DNA of 64,000 bases from an uncultured delta proteobacterium (GTDB taxonomy: Bacteria; Desulfobacterota; Binatia; UBA9968), in assembly GCA_963816145.1 (NCBI GenBank), contig CAWFJP010000030.1, forward strand, positions 192,001-256,000, read 5' to 3'. The position numbers were made by a program, and so were the translations under genes. The notes under the pieces are model-generated. The model was not told the DNA's origin. It saw only the letters and a list, made by a program, of their open reading frames with translations, and did no database searches. Positions 50,358 through 59,326 of the stretch are shown here, piece by piece. Every line of letters starts with the position of its first letter. Within the stretch, counting starts at the first letter, position 1.

Positions 50358-51302
50358 GTGTTGCCGATGGAACTTATGGCTCAAGACTTGATTAAAATCG
50401 GTTTATTCAATCGTGACGCAGCGATCATCGCGGCTGTCGATAAAGGCTTTCTCAAGCAAGAGAACATCAACGTCGAGATCAACACAGTAACCGACTCGCC
50501 GACCCTGCTGAGAAATTTGATCAAGGGCAACTATGATTTGATCCTGAACAACGCAGACAACGTCATCGCTTGGGCTGAAGGCCAGGGCGAAGACCCTCAG
50601 AAAAACGACTTTGTGATCTTTCTCGGCGGTAGCCAGGGAGTCGATCAGAAATTGGTCGTGACCTCCGCCATCAACGATTACCAGGATCTTAAAGGCAAAG
50701 TCTTGGCCGCTGACGCGGTCACCACCGGCTATGCGGTGGTCGCCATGGCGATTTTGAAAAAGTATGGGCTCGAATGGAAGCGCGACTACACCGTGACATC
50801 TTTTGGAAATACCGGGGCGCGTGCCGATGCCATGAGTCGAGGCGACGCGGTAGCAGCCATGATGAGCATGGCCGACGCCGATATCAAAAAACGCGGCTTC
50901 AAAGTGCTAACCGAAGCCAAGGATCACGTCAAGAATTATGCCCGCGGCCTGGGCGCGACCCGGCGCGACTGGGCGAACAAAAGCGAAGACCTAGTCGTTC
51001 GCTTCAATCGCGCCATGATCCGCGCCACCGATTGGCTCCAAGACAAAAACAACAAAGATGCAGCGGTGCAAATGTTGCTCACCGAGACCAACGGCAACAA
51101 AGCCCGCGCCGAATCGATGTACGCCAACACGCTAAGCCCGACCATGGGCCTGACACCGCGCAGCCGCATCGACATGGCGGGCATCCGGACGGTCATTGAG
51201 CTGCGCGAGGTCGCCGGCTTGATGAAACCCGGTGAAACCAAAGCCGAGAAATACGTCGACGAACGCTTCTACAACAAGGCGCTGGCGACATTGGGAAAGT
51301 AG
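50358..51302 (+). CDS. NMT1/SsuA-like substrate-binding protein (signal peptide frameshifted; probable start 50321)
   Basis: KGFLKQENI.VE, DLKGKVLA.DA..TGYA, KYVDERFY. Confidence 0.82.
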   Translation: MLPMELMAQDLIKIGLFNRDAAIIAAVDKGFLKQENINVEINTVTDSPTLLRNLIKGNYDLILNNADNVIAWAEGQGEDPQKNDFVIFLGGSQGVDQKLVVTSAINDYQDLKGKVLAADAVTTGYAVVAMAILKKYGLEWKRDYTVTSFGNTGARADAMSRGDAVAAMMSMADADIKKRGFKVLTEAKDHVKNYARGLGATRRDWANKSEDLVVRFNRAMIRATDWLQDKNNKDAAVQMLLTETNGNKARAESMYANTLSPTMGLTPRSRIDMAGIRTVIELREVAGLMKPGETKAEKYVDERFYNKALATLGK

Positions 51303-51344
51303 CTGCTGATTCCCAAGACCCAGCCGTCTGAGTCTTGTTCCGAG

Positions 51345-51382
51345 TTCGGAAACCTTGAACTTTGAACGCTTGAACCTTGAAC
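51345..51382. repeat. 7-mer tandem (CTTGAAC) preceded by TTCGGA
   Basis: ttcggaaac cttgaac tttgaac gcttgaac cttgaac. Confidence 0.65.
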
Positions 51383-51389
51383 GACCATT

Positions 51390-51608
51390 GTGATGATCGC
51401 CCGCTACCACAACGACATGTCGGTGTGCGTCCAGAAGGTGCGCATGACTTTGGCCGAGCAGCAGCTTGAGTGGCAAAGTCATCCTCTCGACCTGCGCACC
51501 GGCGATCAGCAGAAGTCTGAATATGAAATACTCAATCCCAACGCCGTTGTGCCGACGCTAGTCGACGACGGTGCGGTGATTATCCAGTTGACGGTCGTCT
51601 GCGAATAG
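51390..51608 (+). pseudogene. Glutathione S-transferase N-terminal fragment
   Basis: YHNDMSVCVQKVRMTLAE..LEW....LDL..GDQ...EY..LNPNAVVPTLVDDG; stops before the C-terminal domain. Confidence 0.8.
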
Positions 51609-52160
51609 GGAGACGCGAAGCACGTGACCATTTGCAAGCGAGACTGCGCGGTACGTGACCCGATCCTTCAAGCGCGACACGGCAGACGCATCCTTCTCGC
51701 AAAACGGTCATTAACCATTTCCAGCAATCGATAACGCTCGCTGTTCTCGGCGTTTGCGATGACATGCGAAGCGACCACCACGCTGCTGGCAAATCTTTGC
51801 TCACTCCATGATTTAGGGCAGTAAAATTCCATTCGCCCAAGAACCTAAACTGTCGGCTGACGAGTTCTCCCGCAAAACTGCCGACGAGAATATTTCACGG
51901 GCGTGAAACCAATTAACTCGATGATTTAATTGGAGCGACCGTCAGATTTCCCGGCTCACCGGCAACCACTAGTAATAGTTGATTGTCTCAATATACCGCA
52001 GGATATTGGCCAATATCTTGTGCTAACAGCTAAAATAATGTTCCCGAATTTTCCTTTTACTGCCAGGAAGCTCCGACAAACACCTTGACAGCATTATAAA
52101 ATCTTTATAAACGCTGATCTTCAAGACGAATTATTTGCCAACGGCGAAAGGAGCGTCGCC

Positions 52161-52346
52161 ATGGACAATCATCAGATCTCGCAGGGAGCCGACGACGAAC
52201 AACCGCTTGCAACGAACCACCAGAGTCCAGTTCTGAGCTTTCCGGCAAATCCCAACTCGTGGTTTCGCAAGCGGTTGGACCATGTCCGCAGCGAAGCTAG
52301 AAAAGATATCCAGCTCAAGTCGATTCGACCGCTTGATGAAAAATGA
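52161..52346 (+). CDS. Hypothetical small protein
   Basis: AAGGAG RBS and upstream TTGACA; no recognisable family. Confidence 0.35.
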   Translation: MDNHQISQGADDEQPLATNHQSPVLSFPANPNSWFRKRLDHVRSEARKDIQLKSIRPLDEK

Positions 52347-52488
52347 TTCGGTGCCGCCGCGCCGGATCAACCCGAGCTCAAACCCCTTCTAAAAAAGTGC
52401 CGTGCCAGTGCGGTCAGGCCGCCGTTCATGCTAGCTTCCTAAAGCAGTCGTGATCGACGTCCGGAGTTATGCGAACAGGAAGAATACC

Positions 52489-53529
52489 ATGAACTTTACC
52501 GTCATATTGCTCTTTATCCTGTTTTTGATCGGCGCCTCGCCCGCGCTGCACGCAGCCAATCCCTACCTAGCCAAGCCTGGCGAGACACCAACATCGATCC
52601 GTGTCGCCACTTGCGCGATTAGCGGTGGGTTTATGCATCTGTACACGGCGATAGACAACCGGTTGTTCGAAAAGTACGGCTTGAAAGTCGAGTTCTTGCT
52701 GGTGCGTGGCGCCGGCGTTTCAATGGCGGCGTTGGCGTCCAATGAACTTCAGTTTCTCTATTGCACCGCCGACGCGATCATCCCGAGCCTCGCCGCTGGC
52801 GCCGACGCCAAGATGGTCGCGTCTCCTTTGGTTGGCCTGCCCTGGGTGATCATCGCGCGCAAAGACATCCGGCGGGTCGAAGATTTGAAGGGCAAGATTT
52901 TCATCGCCACCCGTCCCGGTGGTACGCCGGACACGCTAATCCGCGTCCTGATGAAGCGTCTTAACTTCGGCGCCAACGATCTAAGTATTCGCCACATCGG
53001 CGGCGCCGGCCAGACCGAGGTTTATAACGCGTTGCTGCAAGATCTGGGACACGCGACCATGGTCACGCCGCCGCTCGACGCGCGCGCCCGGCGCGATGGA
53101 CTCAACGTCATCTATCAACTCGACGATCTCAATCTGCCGGCGATCTACAGCAGCATCTTTACAAACAACCGCTTGCTCAAGGAACGGCCGGAAGTCGTGC
53201 AAAAATTCGTCGCCGCCATGGCCGAAGCGATTCATTTTGTCGAAAAGAACCCTGAACGTGCCAGAGCATCGGTGGGCAAAGTGCTGGCAATCAAGGACTC
53301 GGAATCGTTACAGGCCGCTTACGACGCCTATGCCAAGCAGTTGGTGAATCGGCGCGTCACCATCCCCGCGTCTCGGGTCGCCGATACCATTGAAGCGGCC
53401 CGTCAAGCCGGCGCCCAAGTGCGCCGCAAGCCCAGCGAGACCTACGACAACAACTTTGCGGAGAATTTAGAAAGAAGCGGCTTCCTCAAAGAGCTTTGGG
53501 GTAGCGAAGCACTGGGGAAGCGCTGGTAA
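52489..53529 (+). CDS. NMT1/SsuA-like substrate-binding protein
   Basis: Signal peptide, LFEKYGLKVE, DLKGK, DNNFAENLERSGFLKELW. Confidence 0.87.
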   Translation: MNFTVILLFILFLIGASPALHAANPYLAKPGETPTSIRVATCAISGGFMHLYTAIDNRLFEKYGLKVEFLLVRGAGVSMAALASNELQFLYCTADAIIPSLAAGADAKMVASPLVGLPWVIIARKDIRRVEDLKGKIFIATRPGGTPDTLIRVLMKRLNFGANDLSIRHIGGAGQTEVYNALLQDLGHATMVTPPLDARARRDGLNVIYQLDDLNLPAIYSSIFTNNRLLKERPEVVQKFVAAMAEAIHFVEKNPERARASVGKVLAIKDSESLQAAYDAYAKQLVNRRVTIPASRVADTIEAARQAGAQVRRKPSETYDNNFAENLERSGFLKELWGSEALGKRW

Positions 53530-53633
53530 TACTACCGAGATTTTCGCCGACGGAATCGTTCCCCCGGCGCGAACCTGGGAACCAATCCTAGCTGAGCAGA
53601 GTTATCGTCCTAGCCCATGGAAGGAATGGAACT

Positions 53634-54203
53634 ATGACCAGACGAAATCTTTTCTTAGGCATGCTGGCAGCAGGACTTTCGACCATTTGGAAGTCACGCT
53701 CCGTCGTCACCGCCGCAGCCTCGGCAAAAAACCTCGACGGGCTGCAAAAAAATTGGCGCGCGCTGCTTGCCGACGGCGTCAAAGTGCCGCTACCCAGCGA
53801 ACCGCTGACGTTATCGAAAGACGAATGGCGCAAACGACTGACGCCCGAACAGTTCTACATTCTCCGCGAGGAAGGTACCGAGCGACCGGGATCGAGCCCG
53901 CTCAACGACGAGAAACGACCCGGCATCTTCGCCTGTGCTGGCTGCGGCCTGCCGCTATTTACCTCGGAGATGAAATACGAGAGCGGCACCGGTTGGCCAA
54001 GCTTCTTCACCACTATCCCCGGCGCCTTCGGCAAGACCACCGATTACAAGCTGATCCTGCCGCGCACCGAATACCACTGCATCCGTTGCGGCGGCCACCA
54101 TGGCCATGTTTTTGACGACGGCCCGAAACCGACAGGGCAGCGCTGGTGCAACAACGGCGTCGCCTTGAAGTTCATCGCTAAGAGCGCCAAAGCGGCGACC
54201 TAG
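53634..54203 (+). CDS. msrB: Methionine-(R)-sulfoxide reductase with Tat-like signal (MTRRNLFL)
   Basis: LTPEQFYILREEGTERP, CxxC, KYESGTGWPSF, GHVFDDGP.PTG.RWCNN. Confidence 0.95.
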   Translation: MTRRNLFLGMLAAGLSTIWKSRSVVTAAASAKNLDGLQKNWRALLADGVKVPLPSEPLTLSKDEWRKRLTPEQFYILREEGTERPGSSPLNDEKRPGIFACAGCGLPLFTSEMKYESGTGWPSFFTTIPGAFGKTTDYKLILPRTEYHCIRCGGHHGHVFDDGPKPTGQRWCNNGVALKFIAKSAKAAT

Positions 54204-54221
54204 CAAAGCGAACCGGATCTC

Positions 54222-54436
54222 GCCACGAAGGACACGAAGAGCACGAAGTTCGGAAGAAGAACTTTCCGAGACCTTCGTGTCCTTCGTGCCTTCGAGGCTG
54301 TGTCGTAATGCGCGAACGCCCCACATCTGTCATCCCGAGCGCAGCGAGGGATCTCGTGTTTTCAGCCACATACGAAGAAGATATTTCTCGGCTTCACCTC
54401 GAAATGACAGTTGCGACACAGTCTGTTCGTGGTGGA
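54222..54436. repeat. 9-mer CACGAAG palindrome interrupted by a MITE
   Basis: gccacgaaggacacgaagagcacgaag-ttcgga..ttccgag-accttcgtgtccttcgtgccttcg[MITE]ttcgtggtg. Confidence 0.75.
54295..54424. mobile_element. 130-bp MITE with 14-bp imperfect TIRs and an internal GTCATCCCGAGC hairpin
   Basis: aggctgtgtcgtaa ... ttgcgacacagtct (12/14 complementary), flanked by TTCG at 54291 and 54426. Confidence 0.7.
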
Positions 54437-54526
54437 AGGCATTCTCCCAAGGTTTCTAACAACGCTTTCGCGCCAAGCCTCAATATGCTAACTGACCTGA
54501 CAGCAGGCTAGTTTTGGAGGCGCCGA

Positions 54527-55480
54527 ATGTCTTTAGTCAAACTTCTCATCCCTCTCGTGCTCTTCGCACTGCTAATCGGCCAGCCCTTCTTGAGCCGCGC
54601 CGAAGTGGTCTACGTCGGCATCTCCACCCCCGGACTCTACGAGATTCCCACCGAGATCGCCCAGCGCAAAGGATTCTACCGGGATGAAAATCTCGATGTC
54701 CGCAAAGTGGTCATCCGCACCAACCTGCAAGTCCCGGCGCTGATCGCCGGCGAACTCGATTACTCCACGGTCAGCGGCCTGATCGCGCGCGCTTCGATTC
54801 AAAACCTGCCGGTCAAAGGCGTCATGGGCTGGTTCGACCGGCCGCTGCATATCTTGATCGCCAAACCGAACTTCAAACGGCTCACCGATTTCAAAGGCAA
54901 GAGAATCGGTGTGAGCGGATTGGGTTCAGCGCCGCATATTATTTTGCGCGAAGCCCTCGCCCAAGCGGGAATGAATCCGGACCGCGATGTCACCACCATC
55001 ACCATCGGCGGTTCGGGCGATCGGTTGGCGGCACTGATCGCTGGAACAGTGGATGGCACACCACTCGATGTTGCCTATGTCGAGAAAGCCGAAAAGCTCG
55101 GCCTGGTTCCGGTGATCTACTTTGGCGATGTCGTGCACACGCGGCTTGGCGGATTCGGCGTTTCCATTGAGAAGATTCGCAAAAACCCAGGGCAGATCAC
55201 CCGCATGATCCGCGCCACGCTCAAAGGCGTGCGCTTCATCCGCGACAATAAACCGGAAACGCTGGCGATCATGCGCGATTATCTGCACGTCAGCGCCGAA
55301 GCCGCGGTGAAAGTCCATGACTTCGCCATGCGATCCCTCAACACCGACGGCCTCGTCGCCAAGAACACCATGGACACGGAAATCCGCCTGGCCAAGGAAC
55401 AGCTCAAACTCACCGAAGATATCCCGGAAGATAAACTGATGGACTGGCGCTTTCTCAAAGAAGTCCTCGGCCAGAAGTGA
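54527..55480 (+). CDS. NMT1/SsuA-like substrate-binding protein
   Basis: KGFYRDENLDV, FKGKRIGVS..GS, DWRFLKEV. Confidence 0.87.
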   Translation: MSLVKLLIPLVLFALLIGQPFLSRAEVVYVGISTPGLYEIPTEIAQRKGFYRDENLDVRKVVIRTNLQVPALIAGELDYSTVSGLIARASIQNLPVKGVMGWFDRPLHILIAKPNFKRLTDFKGKRIGVSGLGSAPHIILREALAQAGMNPDRDVTTITIGGSGDRLAALIAGTVDGTPLDVAYVEKAEKLGLVPVIYFGDVVHTRLGGFGVSIEKIRKNPGQITRMIRATLKGVRFIRDNKPETLAIMRDYLHVSAEAAVKVHDFAMRSLNTDGLVAKNTMDTEIRLAKEQLKLTEDIPEDKLMDWRFLKEVLGQK

Positions 55481-55527
55481 TAACGTCAGCAACTGCCCCC
55501 TCAAGATATTTTGCTTTCACCACGAAG

Positions 55528-55738
55528 TATCCATGGGCTTACACTCGTCTACAGGTTATGGAATTAGCGGGACTTCCCTACCACAGGCTTCTCTTTTCGA
55601 TTTGTCATTCCCGCGCAGGCAGGAATCCAGGTTTGTTCTCCGCCCAATTAGCCTGGATAGCCGCTTTCGCGGGTATGACGGAATCTAGGAGATCTCTTCT
55701 TTTCACAGAACATCCCCCCCATAGGTATTTTCGAAGGA
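55528..55738. mobile_element. About 210-bp MITE-like element, copy B, inserted in a CACGAAG palindrome (55516-55809)
   Basis: Colinear with 32860-33064; ttcaccacgaag|element|cgcacgaaggac. Confidence 0.65.
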
Positions 55739-55877
55739 CGCACGAAGGACATGAAGGGTTCGGAGAGTTTTAGTTCTAACCTTCTTGCTCTTCGTGTTGT
55801 TCGAGGTGATTAAAAATTGCTCAGCCAACGGCAGAAGGCTGATTGCATCTCTCAAAACCCCAGATTATAACCCGTCT

Positions 55878-56888
55878 ATGTTTCTGCTCCAGCTCCTGCT
55901 CGTGTTGATTCTTTTCATCGCCACTAGCACCACCTATGTTTCGGCCCTCGAACGCCACATTCATGCCGGCGCGGGCGGTAGCAGTCCACAGGAGTTGCCG
56001 CTGTTTGTCGCCAAGGATCTGGGCATCTTCGAAAAGTACGGCCTCGATGTCGATCTCGTGGTGATCAGCGGCGGTTCGCGCTTGATGCAAGCGCTGGTCG
56101 GCCGCAGTCTGGACTCGGCCAATGTCGCGGCAATGGCGCCGATCCGCGCCAATCTCGCCGGCGCGAACGTCGTCATCACCGGCGCCTTTCTCAATCGCAA
56201 TCTCTATAAATTCGTCACGCGCAAGGAAATCCAAAAACCGGCCGACCTGCGCGGCAAGAAACTCGGCGTGGTCAATTTCGGCGGCGCCAACGAGTTCAGC
56301 ATTCTGATGGCGCTCAAATCCTGGGGACTACCGCCCGAGTCGGTGAAAATCGTTCCCGCCGGCGACAGCATGACGCGCCTCACAGCGCTAGAAATCGCCG
56401 GCGGCATCGACGGTACCGTGGTGCCCTATAGCAACGCCGTCATCGCGCAGCAACGGGGTCACAACATCCTCGCCGATCTCGGCGAGATCGTGAAGGAGTT
56501 CCCCGACCGCGCGTTTATCACCGAGCGGACGTTCCTGGACAGAAAGCGCGATAACGCCAAACGGTTTTTCCAGGGCATCAGCGAAGCGCTCTATCGATTG
56601 CGCTACCAACCTCAGCTCAAAGACAAAATCGTCGCGATCACGGCGAAGCGCTTACGCATCAACAGCAAACTCGCCGAGGAAGCCTACGACGGCTATTACA
56701 ACGTATTTTCATTCCCGCCGCGGGTTGGCCAGCGCGGCGTTCAGGACGTGATTGAAATCATCCAACGCGAGCCGGGACGGGCTAAAATCGATACGGACTT
56801 GAACCGCTTCGTCGACGAGAGCATCTTGGACCAGCTCGACCGCGAAGGTTTTTTTAAAAAACTCGAAAGCGAATTTCTCCGCAAATAA
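55878..56888 (+). CDS. NMT1/SsuA-like substrate-binding protein
   Basis: GIFEKYGLDVDLV, DLRGKKLGV..FGG, FVDESILDQL.REGFF. Confidence 0.87.
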   Translation: MFLLQLLLVLILFIATSTTYVSALERHIHAGAGGSSPQELPLFVAKDLGIFEKYGLDVDLVVISGGSRLMQALVGRSLDSANVAAMAPIRANLAGANVVITGAFLNRNLYKFVTRKEIQKPADLRGKKLGVVNFGGANEFSILMALKSWGLPPESVKIVPAGDSMTRLTALEIAGGIDGTVVPYSNAVIAQQRGHNILADLGEIVKEFPDRAFITERTFLDRKRDNAKRFFQGISEALYRLRYQPQLKDKIVAITAKRLRINSKLAEEAYDGYYNVFSFPPRVGQRGVQDVIEIIQREPGRAKIDTDLNRFVDESILDQLDREGFFKKLESEFLRK

Positions 56889-56916
56889 AAACATCTCAAT
56901 TCAGGAGGCCAGCATC

Positions 56917-57795
56917 ATGCCATCGAGAATCAAACATGTCGCCATCATGAGTCAGAACGCGCCGCGGATGTTTAAGTTTTATGAATGCTTGTTCGATCTC
57001 CGTAAAGCGGCGTCGGAAGCGACACCATCCTTGGAAACCGAGCAGGGTCGTTCCTTCGGCTATCCAATCTTGGCTTCCAAACGTGTCGCCGCACCGTTCG
57101 ACCGCACGGTGATCGCCAGCGACGGCAACATCGGCGTGGCGTTTAACCGGCGCCGCCCCGGCTACAAAGGCGGGCTGGATCATTTCGGCATTCAGGTCGA
57201 CGAACTCGAGGCGACCTTCGATCGCATCAAAAACAAATATCCCGAAGTCGGCGTCGTCAAGCGGCCGTCCAATCGTCCCTTCGCCGACTACAGCACCCAC
57301 GATCCAGAAGGAAATATTTTCGATCTAATGCAGCCCGGCAAGACCAACGTCAAAGGCGTCTGGCTTGACGGCGAGCGCAAGCAAGAGCGTTGGATCGAAC
57401 ATATCACCATGCGCTCACTGCATCCGGAAAAGCTCGCGCAATTCTACGTCGACATTTATCAGTTCGAATACCAGGACAAGGCGCTGGAAGATCCGAATTT
57501 TTATCTCACCGACGGCAAGGTAAATTTGGTCTTCGCACCGTGGAAGATTCAAGACTACCTGGGCACCGAGCACAAAGGCCCCGGCCTCGACCACATCGGT
57601 TTCCACGTCGAGAACGTCGCGGCTTTGAAGAACGATCTGGAGATTCTCTCGAAAGCCGATCCCGAATGGCTGGCTCCGAAGTCGCCGAATTTGGCATCCG
57701 AATACGCCGTCGTGCTGGGATTGCTTCAGTCCTGTCGCTACGGCGAACATCAGCTTTGCGATCCGGAAGGCAACCTCATGGATGTATCGCATTAG
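56917..57795 (+). CDS. Tandem VOC/glyoxalase-domain protein
   Basis: IKHVAI, GLDHFGIQV, HDPEGN, IEHITM, GLDHIGFHV, DPEGN. Confidence 0.85.
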   Translation: MPSRIKHVAIMSQNAPRMFKFYECLFDLRKAASEATPSLETEQGRSFGYPILASKRVAAPFDRTVIASDGNIGVAFNRRRPGYKGGLDHFGIQVDELEATFDRIKNKYPEVGVVKRPSNRPFADYSTHDPEGNIFDLMQPGKTNVKGVWLDGERKQERWIEHITMRSLHPEKLAQFYVDIYQFEYQDKALEDPNFYLTDGKVNLVFAPWKIQDYLGTEHKGPGLDHIGFHVENVAALKNDLEILSKADPEWLAPKSPNLASEYAVVLGLLQSCRYGEHQLCDPEGNLMDVSH

Positions 57796-57913
57796 CCGAC
57801 CTGCGGAGTCGGACAGCGAAGTGCCGATGGCGATGCCGGGAAACCGATCGACGCACTTTACTAAAGAACCTGTCGCCAGCGAAGCAGGTGATAGCACCCA
57901 CGCGGTTGGCGTT

Positions 57914-58066
57914 CTACTTCAGCCAAGACTGTGCAAGAAGCCGGAAGTTTTTAGGTGATTTGCGGAAAAATCATCGATGAACCTGCCGAGCGCGCGCCTT
58001 TCGCGGGGGAAATCTCTTTTGCGTCGATATAACTCAATTGGCCCTGAATCGGGTCTTGGCGGACAA
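57914..58066 (-). pseudogene. Decayed orphan copy of the 3' end of SBP 59327..60361
   Basis: VRQDPIQGQLSYIDAKE vs VRSEPIQSQLSYLDEKE; nt atcgatgaac-ctgccgagcgcgcgcc..ggggaaatctcttttgcgtcga..ctcaattggccctgaatcgg aligns to about 59390-59470. Confidence 0.8.
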
Positions 58067-58431
58067 GCCTACTTGCGACCTTTTCATGGATGCCACCGAC
58101 CGCTCGTAGCACACCGTTCCCAAGATAAAGCTTCACGTCACCGTCCCGAAGCTCTGCGGCCTCGCCTTTACCTGTAGAAGCGCCGGCTGGAGTTGTAACT
58201 CCCGCAACTAGATCGTGATCGAAAATGACTTCTGTCTGGACTTGGGTACGCCGCCGGAGTCGAGAGCCTCTCGCGCCGCAAGTTTTTCACTTTTCATTGT
58301 CATTAACTCCGGTTCCTTTCAGGTAAAGAGGGGCTCAGAAACTATTTCTTCGAGGGGAAATTCTGTTTCACTGACGTTTACCAATGCCCTAGAATCAGCA
58401 TCCTGTTTCCGACTTGATAAGATCCGGGTCC

Positions 58432-58770
58432 TTAGTGTTTCCCGCTTCGGTAAAAAAGTATCTGAACCTTCTCGACAGTGGCCATCCCGTCCAAGATCGC
58501 GCCGTCGATGATGGGAAGGAAAGCATCGATCTTTTCGAGAGTATCGACAATTTCAACCACGATCGGAAGATCGGTCGACAGATCGAGGATTTTAGCCGTA
58601 CGCACGCGACTCCGCGCCCCAAAGCCTTCTACTCCGCGCAATACCGTGGCTCCCGCCAAGCCATTCTCCCTTGCCGTCCGAACGATCCATTCGTACAACA
58701 GCATGCCGGCATGTCGATCGCTTTCGCCGATAAATATTCGCAGCAGAGAACCTTCACTCGGAAGTGTCAT
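58432..58770 (-). CDS. DUF190 (PII-like) protein
   Basis: LLRIFIGESD, LYEWIV, GLAGATVLRG.EGFG, LSTDLP.VVEIVD; usual crcB partner. Confidence 0.92.
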   Translation of the reverse strand: MTLPSEGSLLRIFIGESDRHAGMLLYEWIVRTARENGLAGATVLRGVEGFGARSRVRTAKILDLSTDLPIVVEIVDTLEKIDAFLPIIDGAILDGMATVEKVQILFYRSGKH

Positions 58771-58772
58771 GG

Positions 58773-59156
58773 TCAACCTCCTATGACATGGGCTATTATA
58801 TTACCGACCCACACCGCCGCTAGGCCGAGCACCAACTGGAGACCGATATTGAGCAACGCAGCGGCACTTTGAGTGTCGCGGGCCAAGGAGAACGTTTCGA
58901 GCGCAAAAGACGAAAACGTGGTAAAGCCGCCGAGGATTCCAACAAAGATAAATAGACGGGCTTCCGACGTGAAAGCCAACCGACTCTCCGCCAGGCCCGC
59001 CAAAAATCCGATCACCAGGCAGCCCAACCCATTGACTGCGAGCGTACCATATGGGAACCACGGATTATCGAGCACCCGATAAACCCAAGTGCTGAGACTG
59101 TAACGCAGGACTCCGCCGATTAGACTGCCCACGCCGACTATAACAATTGGCAACAT
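58773..59156 (-). CDS. crcB: Fluoride efflux channel
   Basis: GGVLRY, FPYGTLAVN..GC..IG, GILGGFTTFSSF. Confidence 0.96.
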   Translation of the reverse strand: MLPIVIVGVGSLIGGVLRYSLSTWVYRVLDNPWFPYGTLAVNGLGCLVIGFLAGLAESRLAFTSEARLFIFVGILGGFTTFSSFALETFSLARDTQSAAALLNIGLQLVLGLAAVWVGNIIAHVIGG

Positions 59157-59182
59157 AGTCCTCCCGATCTCACCGTGAAAAT

Positions 59183-59219
59183 AAAAAACCCCTACTTCAA
59201 TTCACTCGAAGTAGGGGTT
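59183..59219 (-). terminator. Riboswitch-controlled intrinsic terminator
   Basis: Minus strand aacccctacttc-gagtgaatt-gaagtaggggtt plus T run, overlapping the aptamer 3' end. Confidence 0.85.
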
Positions 59220-59266
59220 ATCAACTCGCAGTCGCGAATGGTTTAACTGGCGAACCCCATCGCCGT
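59211..59266 (-). ncRNA. Fluoride riboswitch (crcB motif)
   Basis: GGCGAUGGGGUUCGCC..UAAACC...GUUGAUAACCCCUAC directly upstream of crcB. Confidence 0.92.
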
Positions 59267-59277
59267 TGTTTTTTTTT

Positions 59278-59307
59278 ATTATGAGTATAAAGCTGGCGCC
59301 GAGTCAA
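59278..59307 (-). promoter_or_regulatory. Sigma-70-like promoter of the riboswitch-crcB unit
   Basis: TTGACT-N18-CATAAT just upstream of the aptamer. Confidence 0.5.
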
Positions 59308-59326
59308 GCTAGGCGCCGCTCACCAA

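Noticed and set aside
20358-55809. CRISPR array
   Set aside because: Repeats are 7-9-mer tandems or isolated hairpins with no constant 25-40 bp repeat and unique spacers; no cas genes.
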